In this document: piece after piece, positions 19,499 to 29,278 of the stretch
Position numbering within the stretch: position 1 is the first letter of the stretch
How the letters are laid out: the number at the start of each line of letters is the position of its first letter
Source: Desulfatiglandales bacterium
GTDB taxonomy: Bacteria > Desulfobacterota > DSM-4660 > Desulfatiglandales > Desulfatiglandaceae
Length of the DNA: 64,000 nucleotides
Assembly (NCBI GenBank): GCA_963662465.1
Contig: OY759599.1
Span: forward strand, 5,952,001-6,016,000
Direction of reading: 5' to 3'
Made by a program: the position numbers and the translations under genes
Notes under the pieces: model-generated
Database searches by the model: none
What the model was told of the DNA's origin: nothing
Seen by the model: only the letters and a program-made list of their open reading frames with translations

Positions 19499-22287
19499 AA
19501 ACAGGCGACTGGGCATATTGCAGCCATCACAGGGAAAACTGTCGCATTGTTGCGATGGAACCGCTTTGGGGAAAGACGTACTTTCGCGTGTGGCTGTCAA
19601 ACAGCGATACAGTGGTTCGGGTCCCGGAAGAGCAGGTTATCTCATTATATGAGGCAGAAAGAGTCGGCCAATCCCATCTCACCTACATCGCATCGGCTGC
19701 GCGTGTCGCAAATGCCCTGGCCCGTGATACGATCCTTGCGCCCATGGAGGCCACCGTCATCCCGCTTCCCCATCAGATCAATGCCCTTAAAAAAGCCGTT
19801 TCCCGCAACCGGATTCGATACCTTTTAGCCGATGAAGTGGGCCTGGGTAAAACCATCGAAGCCGGTTTGATCCTGCGTGAACTCAAATTGAGGGGGCTCG
19901 TCAAACGGGTAATTGTTCTGGCTCCCAAGGGATTGGTCACCCAATGGGTGGCGGAGATGAAAACCCATTTCAATGAAGATTTCACACTTCTGATCCCTGG
20001 AGACTTTTCAGCAATCCGGCAGATCTTTAAATCGGATAATATCTGGATGGAACATCACCAGGTGGTCTGTCCTGTCGATTCCGTGAAACCCATGGAAAAA
20101 CGTAAAGGCTGGAGTCCAAACAGAATCGCCGAATATAATCGGGATCGCTTCGAGGATTTGATCACGGCAGGGTGGGATCTGGTGATCGTGGATGAAGCCC
20201 ATCGGCTGGGGGGCGCAACGGAACAGGTGGCCCGTTATAAATTGGGAAAATCTCTCTCCCTGGCCTCCCCTTACCTACTTTTGCTGACCGCAACCCCGCA
20301 CCAGGGCAAAACTGAGGCATTTCATCGTCTCATCAATCTTTTAGACGACAGGGCTTTCCCTGATACTGCCGGCATAAGCCGGGAGCGGATCACCCCCTAT
20401 GTGATTCGCACGGAAAAAAGACGGGCCATTGACGCAAAGGGTCTTCCCCTGTTTCAGGCCAGGGAAACCAAGCTTATCTCCATTGCATGGGAAGAACGGC
20501 ATGAAAAGCAGAAGCTTCTGTATGAACAGGTCACGGATTATGTGCGCCGCGGATACAACCAGGCGCTCAAAGAAAAAAAGGGGTATATCGGCTTTTTGAT
20601 GATATTGATGCAACGGCTGGTATCCTCCTCAACACGGGCCATCCGCACCACCTTGGAACGCCGTCTTGACGCGTTGACAACATCCCAGGACCAGATCCCG
20701 CTGAACCAGGCATCCCTCTTTGAAGATCTGGAGGATCTGGATGCACAGGAACAACTGGAAACCCTTTTCAACACTCGGATCAGAGCGCTTAAAAACGAAA
20801 AGGCGGAAGTGAAAGCCTTGCTGGAAGAAGCCAGAGCCACAGAGGCAGGGGGAACCGATGCCAAGGCAGAAGCCCTGCTCGAAAATATTTACGCGTTAAT
20901 GCAGAAAGAAGGGGACCCCCATCTCAAGATATTGATTTTCACCGAATTCATTCCCACCCAGGAAATGCTCACGGAATTTCTGGTGGAAAGGGGATTCCCC
21001 TCCACCAGGCTGAACGGATCTATGAGCTTTCAAGAGCGCCAACAAGCCCAAACGGCGTTTGCCGGCGACAAACAAATCCTGATTTCAACGGATGCAGGCG
21101 GTGAGGGGCTGAACCTTCAGTTCTGTCATGTGGTGGTCAACTATGATCTGCCGTGGAACCCCATGCGGATTGAGCAGCGAATCGGGAGGGTGGATCGCAT
21201 CGGCCAGACCCACCCAGTGAAGGCGCTCAATTTTATTTTTGAAGATACCGTTGAATTCCGTGTCCGGGAAGTCCTGGAGGAAAAACTGGAGACCATCCTG
21301 TTGGAATTCGGGGTAGATAAGGCCGGCGATGTTCTGGACTCGGTTCAGGCGGGTGCGCTTTTTGACGACCTGTATATGGATACCCTGATCGAACCGGATG
21401 ATTGGGAAACGAAAATCGAAACCGTCGTGGAACAGGTGCGTCGGTCCGCTTCGGACGTCAGGGAAAGCATGGCCCTGTTTTCCCCCGAAGATCCATTGGA
21501 CCCTTCAGCCGCTGAAAAACTATTGTCTCATCCATTGCCCTTCTGGGTGGAAAAGATGACCCTCAGTTATCTAAATGCCTGCGGCGGCAAGTGCGAAGAA
21601 AGCAGGGGAGATTCCATTAGAACATGGAACCTGACATGGCCTGATGGAGAGACCATGGAAGGGGTGTTTTTTGCTCTGCGGGAAAATATGGCGCACACAA
21701 AGGGAAGATACCTTTCCCTTGAAAACAGCAAAATCCGGGGGCTGAGCATGAACCTGCCCCGTTTTGTCCCCGGCCAACCGATTCCCTACGTGAGTCAGCC
21801 CGGACTTTCTCCGGATATCAGGGGATTCTGGTCTCTGTGGTCCATCTCGCTTGAGACCGCCAAATGGGACCAACGAAAGTTCCTGGCGCTTTTTGTTCAT
21901 GAAGACGGCCGCAATCTGATCCCCACGGCAAACTACCTCTGGGATCTGATGATATCCGAATCCCCAACAATGGTTACGCATCTGGAAGGAGATGAAGCTG
22001 CATCCGTGTTTCATCGACTGCGGACAATCGCTGAAGAAAACGGAAAGCCGCTGTTTGAGGAACTGGTTCGCAGACATCAGGATCGCATGGCCGAGGAAAG
22101 GGAAAAAGCGAAGTATTCTTTTGCATCGAGGAGAAAGCTGATCCATAAATTGGGTCTTCCGGAGGTGAGAGCCTATCGACATTCGAAACTTGAACTGGAA
22201 GCCAGGCAGTTTCATACTGAAATGGAAAAAAGGGAACAGGTTCAACCTGATCTCACCCCATTGATCATCGTGCATGTACAGGGATGA
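19495..22287 (+). CDS. brxHII: BREX-3 SNF2-type helicase BrxHII
   Basis: LADEVGLGKT, DEAH, TATPHQG, GEGLNLQ, QRIGRVDRIG; lies between pglXI and pglZ. Confidence 0.88.
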   Translation: MKTGDWAYCSHHRENCRIVAMEPLWGKTYFRVWLSNSDTVVRVPEEQVISLYEAERVGQSHLTYIASAARVANALARDTILAPMEATVIPLPHQINALKKAVSRNRIRYLLADEVGLGKTIEAGLILRELKLRGLVKRVIVLAPKGLVTQWVAEMKTHFNEDFTLLIPGDFSAIRQIFKSDNIWMEHHQVVCPVDSVKPMEKRKGWSPNRIAEYNRDRFEDLITAGWDLVIVDEAHRLGGATEQVARYKLGKSLSLASPYLLLLTATPHQGKTEAFHRLINLLDDRAFPDTAGISRERITPYVIRTEKRRAIDAKGLPLFQARETKLISIAWEERHEKQKLLYEQVTDYVRRGYNQALKEKKGYIGFLMILMQRLVSSSTRAIRTTLERRLDALTTSQDQIPLNQASLFEDLEDLDAQEQLETLFNTRIRALKNEKAEVKALLEEARATEAGGTDAKAEALLENIYALMQKEGDPHLKILIFTEFIPTQEMLTEFLVERGFPSTRLNGSMSFQERQQAQTAFAGDKQILISTDAGGEGLNLQFCHVVVNYDLPWNPMRIEQRIGRVDRIGQTHPVKALNFIFEDTVEFRVREVLEEKLETILLEFGVDKAGDVLDSVQAGALFDDLYMDTLIEPDDWETKIETVVEQVRRSASDVRESMALFSPEDPLDPSAAEKLLSHPLPFWVEKMTLSYLNACGGKCEESRGDSIRTWNLTWPDGETMEGVFFALRENMAHTKGRYLSLENSKIRGLSMNLPRFVPGQPIPYVSQPGLSPDIRGFWSLWSISLETAKWDQRKFLALFVHEDGRNLIPTANYLWDLMISESPTMVTHLEGDEAASVFHRLRTIAEENGKPLFEELVRRHQDRMAEEREKAKYSFASRRKLIHKLGLPEVRAYRHSKLELEARQFHTEMEKREQVQPDLTPLIIVHVQG

Positions 22288-22291
22288 ACTC

Positions 22292-22615
22292 ATGATGCCC
22301 GACTGGCGAGCAAAAATATTAGAGCATTTCACCCCCCAGATCTCCAAGCTGACCCTGGTGGCTGATCCGGACGGTATTCTGCTCGAAGAAGGCATTCTGG
22401 CCGGCATCAGGACCAGGGGGTTTGAGCTGCTGACCTTTGACGACCACATTGCCTTTCGTTACGCCTACGAATCAAAGTACCGCTCCAGATGGGATCAGGG
22501 GGAACTGACGGAACTGGTGGTGGTTCTCCGGTCCGAGTCCCATGAACTGGGCCGGCTCCCCTACGATATCTTTGAAGCAGGTCGAAAACTCTCTTTCACC
22601 TTGATGGACCTGTTC
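22292..22615 (+). pseudogene. pglZ: BREX-3 phosphatase PglZ, N-terminal fragment
   Basis: LTLVADPDGIL, FRYAYES, LPYD; cut by IS21 element A. Confidence 0.88.
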
Positions 22616-22865
22616 CTTCAACGCTAATCAAAACTGAACCAAGTTTGCTAATGGAAATTGAACCATTGGCTGTCACCGCCAGTGAGTACGGCCCTCAGGT
22701 ATAGCGGACGATGAGGGATCCATAAGTGGCGGCAAAGGAGTCGTTGATGTAGATTTACTTTTCAATAAATTTTTATAAAATCTATTTTCTTTGGATTTGG
22801 TTTTCTTCTTCCAAGACAGAGGCTTGGTTAAGTGGAAATGCGATTTACTTTGTAGAATGGATGGT

Positions 22866-22901
22866 GAAGGCCCGAAGTAGCCGCTTCGGGCCTTCTTTTT
22901 T
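22866..22901 (+). terminator. Intrinsic terminator inside the left end of element A
   Basis: gaaggcccgaag-tagccg-cttcgggccttc followed by a T run. Confidence 0.7.
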
Positions 22902-22989
22902 GACCACCGGATAGAGCCGGAAGCCACACACACGCCAATTTTATATAAGTGTGTTTCCGGCCAATTGCAAGGCCGGAATGATGGGAGAT

Positions 22990-24910
22990 CAGGGTGAATT
23001 TATTCTTCCGAATTATCCAAATAAAATATAAAAGTTGCGCTACATTATGGACAGAAACCCTCGGATGGTGTATATACTGTGACAGGCACCAAACCAATTC
23101 GGGGTTTAAATTCTTGAACGTTAAGCAAGTCCGCATTCAAATAGTCCGCCCGCTTGAAGAACAACGCTTTCAGCATCTGATGCAGTCGCATCATTATTTG
23201 GGCGCTCTTCCCAAGATCAGCGAAACCCTCTGGTATACAGCTAGACTAAATAGTGAGTGGATTGCGCTTGTCAGTTTTTCTGCTCCCGCTTTGAAATGTA
23301 CACCAAGGGACAGCTGGATCGGATGGAATTTTCGCCATCAATACGATCGACTGAAACTGGTAACCAATAACAGTCGTTTTCTAATTTTGCCCGAATGGCA
23401 TATTCCGAATCTCGCATCCCGTATCCTTTCATTATGTCGGAAGCGAATGCAGGCTGATTGGCAGGAGCGTTTCGGGCATCCGGTTGTACTCCTGGAAACC
23501 TTTGTGGACCCAAAGCAATTCCACGGAACCGTATATCGAGCGTCTAATTGGATATATGTTGGTAAAACAAAGGGTTTTCATCGAACTCGCCAAGGCTACA
23601 GCGATAAAGCGGATTCACCGAAAATGGTTTTTCTTAAACCATTGGTTTCCAATGTTCAAGCACTGTTATCCCGACCTGTTCTCAAAAAACCATATCTTAC
23701 AGGAGGTTACAAAATCATGCTCAGTGCGGAACATATGAAATCTCTACCCGACTTTTTTGCTCAAATTCCCGACCCGCGTCGATCCCAGGGACGACGTCAC
23801 AGGCTCTCCACTGTTCTGGCCATTGCCACCGCCGCAACACTGTGCGGAATGCGCGGTTATCTGGCGATATCCGATTGGGTAAATGGTCTTGGACAAAAAG
23901 CCCTTGAGCGTTTCCGTTGCCGATATGAAAATAAGCGCTATGTAGCTCCCAGTCAGTCTACTATCCGTGATGTTCTGGTTCGCGTTGACCCCACAGAACT
24001 CGACAAAGCTCTCCAGCGTTGGAATCTGCTTTACGGTGAACAGGACGAAAGCTTGGCCATCGATGGAAAAACCATGTGTAATGCCATCGATGAACAAGGT
24101 TATCAGACTCACATCATGAGTGCTGTCGGCCATCAAACTAAGACCTGTTACACCCAAAAAAAGTCGGTTCTCTCCCTGTAGAAGGCAAAGACGAACTCAA
24201 GCGAACCAATGAAATCAAAACGGCTGCCCCTTTACTGGACGCGATCGATATCGAAGGCAAAGTCATTTCAGCTGACGCACTGCTAACCCAAAGGACTTTT
24301 GCTAAATATTTGGTCGAGCAACGCAACGCCCATTACCATTTCATCGCCAAAAACAACCAGCCCACATTACTTCAAGACATTTCCCTGTATTTTGAGGGCT
24401 GCAACGATCCTGATTTCATACAACACGATGCTCCCGATCATGGTCGCATCGAAGTGCGCAAAATATGGACGACTACCGAACTTAACCTATACCTGGATTT
24501 CCCGTATGTCGGCCAGGCTTTTATGATCCAGAGAGAAGTTACAAACAAGAAAACCGGTAAATGCACAGTTGAGGTTGCTTACGGCATAACGAGTCAATCA
24601 CCTGATCAGGCGAATCCCGAACGTGTACTTTCTATCAATCGCGGTCACTGGAGCATTGAAAACGAGTGCCATTACATCATCGACTGGAACTACGACGAAG
24701 ATCGAAGCCGAATAAGAACCGGCAATGGTCCTGAAAACATGACCAGGCTGCGTAGATTCGCGGTGGGCGTCATTAAGGCGAAAGGCGTTCGCAGTGTAGC
24801 CCAGAAAATGCGCCAGCTCACGCAGAACGTAAGGGGTGTCTTCGACTATCTCAAGATGACCAAAAATTCAGTGCCCCAAGCGTGATACCTGTTAGAACAA
24901 ATTTACCGTG
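22990..24910 (+). mobile_element. ISAs1-family element (1921 bp) nested in element A
   Basis: Ends cagggtgaatttattct and (reverse complement) cacggtaaatttgttct; 10-bp target duplication gatgggagat at 22980-22989 and 24911-24920. Confidence 0.93.
23114..24885 (+). CDS. ISAs1 transposase with an N-terminal DUF4338/DruA-like domain; needs a -1 frameshift
   Basis: HHYLG, NNSRFLILP and LLETFVD, then DPRR and AIDGKT. A AAA AAG at 24157-24163; the -1 frame gives TNEI, ADALLTQ, HGRIE and RGHWSIEN. Confidence 0.85.
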
Positions 24911-24911
24911 G

Positions 24912-25325
24912 ATGGGAGATGTCCTTTTAAGAGTGGTTCAATGCCGATGTTGTGGTTGCTTTTTTCACGTCTGTCGGTCGTGTTGGCGTGGCCAGGCCTA
25001 TTGTGGGGAACGATGTCGCAGGATACGCCAAAGACAGCTGCACCGGAAAGCTCAGGGGAAATACCGCAATTCGAAAAAAGGGAAAGAGCGCCGTCGTTTG
25101 TACGAAAAAACAAAAAAATCCAAAAAAAATGGACTGAACCCTGGTGATGATAGTTCAACACCTCAAAAAGACTGTGATATTGAACCCAAAAAGCGGTCGG
25201 GGAACCGACCCAGCTGTCTTTTTTGCGGGTCGATCGGGGTTGTTGTGGACCATTTTCCTCGCCGTGCTTATGCAGGGAGGGTTTTTTCAGATGTAACAGG
25301 CTTTGAGAAAACCCCATATCCATGA
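24912..25325 (+). CDS. Cys-rich (putative zinc-binding) basic protein, cargo of element A
   Basis: CRCC..CRSCWRGQAYC..C and CLFCG motifs; the start codon lies within the ISAs1 target duplication. Confidence 0.65.
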   Translation: MGDVLLRVVQCRCCGCFFHVCRSCWRGQAYCGERCRRIRQRQLHRKAQGKYRNSKKGKERRRLYEKTKKSKKNGLNPGDDSSTPQKDCDIEPKKRSGNRPSCLFCGSIGVVVDHFPRRAYAGRVFSDVTGFEKTPYP

Positions 25326-25337
25326 CAGGAGAAAAAA

Positions 25338-25757
25338 ATGATCAAAAAAAGAGTCCTTTTTCCCGAAAGAGTGCGTGTCATCAATGGAAGCTTCGGCTTT
25401 CTGGAGCATCGTTTTTTGAGAAACGGCTTTTGGGAGAGCCTGAATCATCATGAGCTGCTGCTCTACATTTTTCTGGTGTTGGTATCTGACAAAAACGGGC
25501 TCTCTTATTATGGTTACGACAGAATCTGCCGGATTTTAAAGGTGCATTTGGATCAATATATCGATGCCCGCGATGGCTTGTTGGACAAGGATCTGATTGG
25601 GTTTGATGGCCGTCTGTTTCAGGTTCTTTCGCTTCCCAGACGTCCTGTGATTGTGAAACAGGTAAAGGAGATCCGGCAAGGAAATTGGGTCAGTCTTGGA
25701 GAAACCATAGAGGAAATCTTTCGGGAGACTGGGTATGGAATCCATCCGAACCGTTGA
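25338..25757 (+). CDS. Winged-helix (Rep/HTH_36-like) protein, cargo of element A
   Basis: AGGAG ribosome-binding site; LLYIFLVLVSDKNGLSYY..DRIC..L pattern typical of initiator-like wHTH proteins. Confidence 0.65.
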   Translation: MIKKRVLFPERVRVINGSFGFLEHRFLRNGFWESLNHHELLLYIFLVLVSDKNGLSYYGYDRICRILKVHLDQYIDARDGLLDKDLIGFDGRLFQVLSLPRRPVIVKQVKEIRQGNWVSLGETIEEIFRETGYGIHPNR

Positions 25758-26619
25758 TATTCATTTGCTGGAGTTGCGTTACGCTCATTGCCGGATAATG
25801 AATCACCAGGCTTTAAAGCGATTGAGGGATTCCATCGAAACTTACGGGCAGATCGTTCCGGCCCTGGCTATTGAAGAAAAAGACAAACTGATTCTGATTG
25901 ATGGCTACCTGCGTGTTCGAGCGCTTTGTGCTTGTGGAAAGGACCGGATATGTGTCCAATTCTCAAAAGAAAACGAACAAAATGCCATGTTTTCGCTTTT
26001 AACCAAGGCCAATGAACGGCAATGGGAAGTCATTGAGCAGTCTGTTTTACTTCAGGAATTACATCGGCGTTTTGGGTGCAGCCTCTCCCATATTGCAACC
26101 CGAATAGGGCGCGACAAGAGTTTTGTAAAACGGCGGCTGGACCTGGTTGAAGCCCTGCCGGAAAATATTTTGAGAACCGTGATTGCAGGCTCACTTTCAA
26201 CCTGGGCTGCCAGCCGTGTCATGGCGCCGTTGGCGCGCGCCAACGGTGAAGACGCACAAAAACTGTTGGCCCACCTGGAAAAAGAACCTCTATCCACAAG
26301 GGAACTGGCCCGTTTCTACGCACATTACCAGAAAAGCAACCGGTCTGTTCGAGACCACATGCTGGAAAATCCATCCCTTTTCATAAAAGTTCTCGAACAA
26401 AGAACCCAGTCTAAACAAGCCAAAGAAGTTCATGATGGACCGGAAGGCAAATGGTTCAAGGATATTGAAATGGCATATGCGGTTCTCAAACGTCTGGTGA
26501 AAACCGTTTCGCATGTCCATTACCCAAAAAGCGATCAGTTGAAGAAACAAACGCTCAAAACCTGGGTGAAAAAGATAGAAAAACAAGCACTGGAACTCAA
26601 GAAAGCGACCCAATTATGA
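25735..26619 (+). CDS. ParB/RepB/Spo0J-like protein, cargo of element A
   Basis: SIETYGQIVP, LIDGYLRVRAL, HTH IATRIGRDKSFVKRRL; translationally coupled to istA. Confidence 0.85.
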   Translation: MESIRTVDIHLLELRYAHCRIMNHQALKRLRDSIETYGQIVPALAIEEKDKLILIDGYLRVRALCACGKDRICVQFSKENEQNAMFSLLTKANERQWEVIEQSVLLQELHRRFGCSLSHIATRIGRDKSFVKRRLDLVEALPENILRTVIAGSLSTWAASRVMAPLARANGEDAQKLLAHLEKEPLSTRELARFYAHYQKSNRSVRDHMLENPSLFIKVLEQRTQSKQAKEVHDGPEGKWFKDIEMAYAVLKRLVKTVSHVHYPKSDQLKKQTLKTWVKKIEKQALELKKATQL

Positions 26620-27998
26620 TCCGACAATCCAAAAAAGATGCCATTGTGGAATTGAAAAAAACCGGCATGAGTTTGCGCGACATCGCCAAAACCCTGAAGG
26701 CCGGTCGCAATACCGTCACGAAGGTTTTAGATGATCATGACGAAGAGGCGGTACCCCAAAGGAACTCCCGGTATGAAGAACATGTCCCATTGATCCGCGA
26801 GCTTTTCAAGGAATGTAAAGGAAATGCCGTGCGAGTAGCCGAGGAACTGGAAAGCCGCCAACAGATCAAAATCCCTTATCAGAGTCTGACCTGGATTATG
26901 AGAAAGTACGAGATCCGGGAACGTAAAAAAAGACGGGCGGGCCAATACCATTTTAAACCCGGTCAGGAGATGCAGCATGATACGTCACCCCATCTGGTTG
27001 TCATTAATGGGAAAAAAATGTCGACCCAGTGCGCGTCCCTGACCCTGGCCTTTTGCCGAAGGATTTTTATTCAGTATTACCCCTGTTTTACCCGGTTTGA
27101 GTGCAAGGTTTTCCTAAAAAAAGCATTCGAGTTTATGGACGGGGTGTGTTCCCGGTGCATGGTTGACAACACCAATGTTATTGTGGCCGGCGGCACCGGG
27201 CCTGATGCATTGATTGCGCCTGAAATGAAATACTTCGGCGATATGTATGGAACCCGGTTTGAGGCCCATGCTGTAGGAGACGCCAATCGAAGTGCCCGTG
27301 TGGAAAGGCCTTTTCATTTTGTGGAAAACAATTTTCTTCCCGGTAGAACATTTGTTAGCTGGCAGGATTTGAACCGGCAGGCAATCGACTGGTGCCGGAA
27401 TACAAGCGATAAAAAGTTTAAACGGGCTTTAGGGATGACGCCGGATGAGGCCTATGTCATTGAAAAGCCATATCTCATTGATTTACCGGCATACCAGCCG
27501 CCAGTCTATGTGGCAGAACACAGGGTAGCCGATGTTCAGGGATATGTGCACTTGGACACCAACCGCTATTCAGTCCCTGAAGCGCTGATTGGGAACTCCC
27601 TGGAAGTACAGAAACATTGGCTCAAGGTCATCGTTTACGACAAAAACACAAAAGTGGCGGAACATGACCGCATACTGGATAAACGCAACACCCGAACAAC
27701 CCTGCCCGGTCACCATGTTCCCATTCGAAGAAAAAAAGATCCCCGAATCCCTTCAAAAGAAGAACAGCTGTTGACGGGAGAGGATGCCATCCTGGATGAG
27801 TATGTGGCTGAACTGAAGAAAAGAAGTCACGGTCGCGGTGTGGTCAAGTTACGTCGGTTGCTTCATCTGAAACGCACTTATCCCGGGGAACCTTTTTTGA
27901 AAGCCATAACACAGGCGCTTAAATATGGACTTTTTGATTTGTCGCGTCTGGAAAACATTATTCTCGATTATATCGCGGGAGACTTTTTTGATCTATGA
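26616..27998 (+). CDS. istA: IS21 transposase IstA
   Basis: N-terminal HTH plus DDE motifs, 460 aa. Confidence 0.95.
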   Translation: MIRQSKKDAIVELKKTGMSLRDIAKTLKAGRNTVTKVLDDHDEEAVPQRNSRYEEHVPLIRELFKECKGNAVRVAEELESRQQIKIPYQSLTWIMRKYEIRERKKRRAGQYHFKPGQEMQHDTSPHLVVINGKKMSTQCASLTLAFCRRIFIQYYPCFTRFECKVFLKKAFEFMDGVCSRCMVDNTNVIVAGGTGPDALIAPEMKYFGDMYGTRFEAHAVGDANRSARVERPFHFVENNFLPGRTFVSWQDLNRQAIDWCRNTSDKKFKRALGMTPDEAYVIEKPYLIDLPAYQPPVYVAEHRVADVQGYVHLDTNRYSVPEALIGNSLEVQKHWLKVIVYDKNTKVAEHDRILDKRNTRTTLPGHHVPIRRKKDPRIPSKEEQLLTGEDAILDEYVAELKKRSHGRGVVKLRRLLHLKRTYPGEPFLKAITQALKYGLFDLSRLENIILDYIAGDFFDL

Positions 27999-28714
27999 AA
28001 AAGAAAATTGAACAGTTACTCATTGATTTGAAGTTTAAAGGCATGCTGAAGGCTCTCGAAGAACAGTTGGCTTCGGCTGAAAAGAACGGTTTTTCCATTC
28101 ACGAGGTCATCTACAATCTCCTGGCTGAGGAATTACGTTTCCGGCAGGAGCGCAGCATGATCTATCGGGTCCAGATTGCAAAGCTTCCATGGGAATGGAC
28201 CCTCAACTCCTTTCCGTTTGATCTTCAGCCGGGAATACAGAAGAGCCGGATCATGACGTTGTCCGGCCTTGACTTTATCAGCCGAAGAGAAAACATCGTG
28301 TTCCATGGAAAAACCGGCGTCGGCAAAACGGGATTGGCCGTGGGGATCCTTCGTCAAGCCATTATTGCCGGGTACCGGGGGCGTTTTTATAATGTTCAGG
28401 ATTTGCTGGATCAGCTCTATGCGTCTTTGGCAGATCGGTCCACCCCGAAACTCCTCAATGCCCTTTGCAGATATGACCTGCTTCTGCTCGATGAACTGGG
28501 ATACCTGACCCTCAAAAAAGAGCAGATGAACGCCTTTTTTAAACTCATGAAAGATCGCTATGAAGCCGGTCGGTCCACAATTATTACGACCAATCTTCAA
28601 CCTGAACAATGGTATTCGCTGCTTGAACCAAAGGACATGGTCGATGCCTTGCTGGATCGTCCCAACCATCGCTGCATCAACATTCATATTGATGGTCCTT
28701 CCCTCAGAAAATGA
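27995..28714 (+). CDS. istB: IstB ATPase (DRL>DRP variant)
   Basis: Same protein as 1239..1958 except L>P (T>C at 28662). Confidence 0.93.
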   Translation: MKKKIEQLLIDLKFKGMLKALEEQLASAEKNGFSIHEVIYNLLAEELRFRQERSMIYRVQIAKLPWEWTLNSFPFDLQPGIQKSRIMTLSGLDFISRRENIVFHGKTGVGKTGLAVGILRQAIIAGYRGRFYNVQDLLDQLYASLADRSTPKLLNALCRYDLLLLDELGYLTLKKEQMNAFFKLMKDRYEAGRSTIITTNLQPEQWYSLLEPKDMVDALLDRPNHRCINIHIDGPSLRK

Positions 28715-28812
28715 GATGTTCGCCAAAGGGCCGGTTTTGAGGTCTGAATATCACCGGTCTGTTTGAATCTCGTTACACGAATATCAGAAATTACCTTGTC
28801 TTGGAGCTTGAA

Positions 28813-29010
28813 ATGAGAGGTGGAAAACGGGTAGGCGCCGGCCGAAGAAAGAAACCGGAACATTTGAGACGTGAACTGCTCACCATTCGTCTCCCCAAAT
28901 GGATGATTCTACAGCTGAAAAAAAACGGGGAAATTGGATATTTGATTGAGGATCAATTGGCGAAGGGAGGCCTCCTGAATTTACCGGACGACTATGACAT
29001 AGACAAATAG
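28813..29010 (+). CDS. Small putative DNA-binding protein
   Basis: Same protein as 2057..2254. Confidence 0.7.
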   Translation: MRGGKRVGAGRRKKPEHLRRELLTIRLPKWMILQLKKNGEIGYLIEDQLAKGGLLNLPDDYDIDK

Positions 29011-29278
29011 TTCCTCAATAAGCATTGCCCTTAACCGAAAAATCTAATCCCCTCTTCTCTGCCATCACCATATTGATGGTATCCTCATCACTGATTCTTC
29101 AACCAGAACGCTACGTGTCTCACCAGCATTTTTAAAATACCATCTGATATACTCTTTCATGCAACCTCTAACAAATTTACAAGAAAACCCTTCTAAAAGG
29201 AAAAGACCAGTGCGCAATATCTGGTTCCGTTTGGAGTAGCAAAACTGGTTCCATTTTGGTTAGCGCCCAAGCCTGTTC

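Larger units (their letters stand above)
22616..29271 (+). mobile_element. IS21-family element A, copy 2 (complete, 6656 bp including a nested ISAs1)
   Basis: Imperfect ~50-bp terminal IRs; 7-bp target duplication cctgttc at 22609-22615 and 29272-29278. Excision restores LMDLFSNLSYPIL. Confidence 0.95.

Noticed and set aside
22673..22933. 86-aa minus-strand ORF in the left end of element A
   Set aside because: It overlaps a terminator hairpin, has low-complexity composition and no recognisable motif.
23114..23720. DruA-like domain as a Druantia defence system
   Set aside because: It lies inside ISAs1 ends, is fused to the transposase, and no druE is present.
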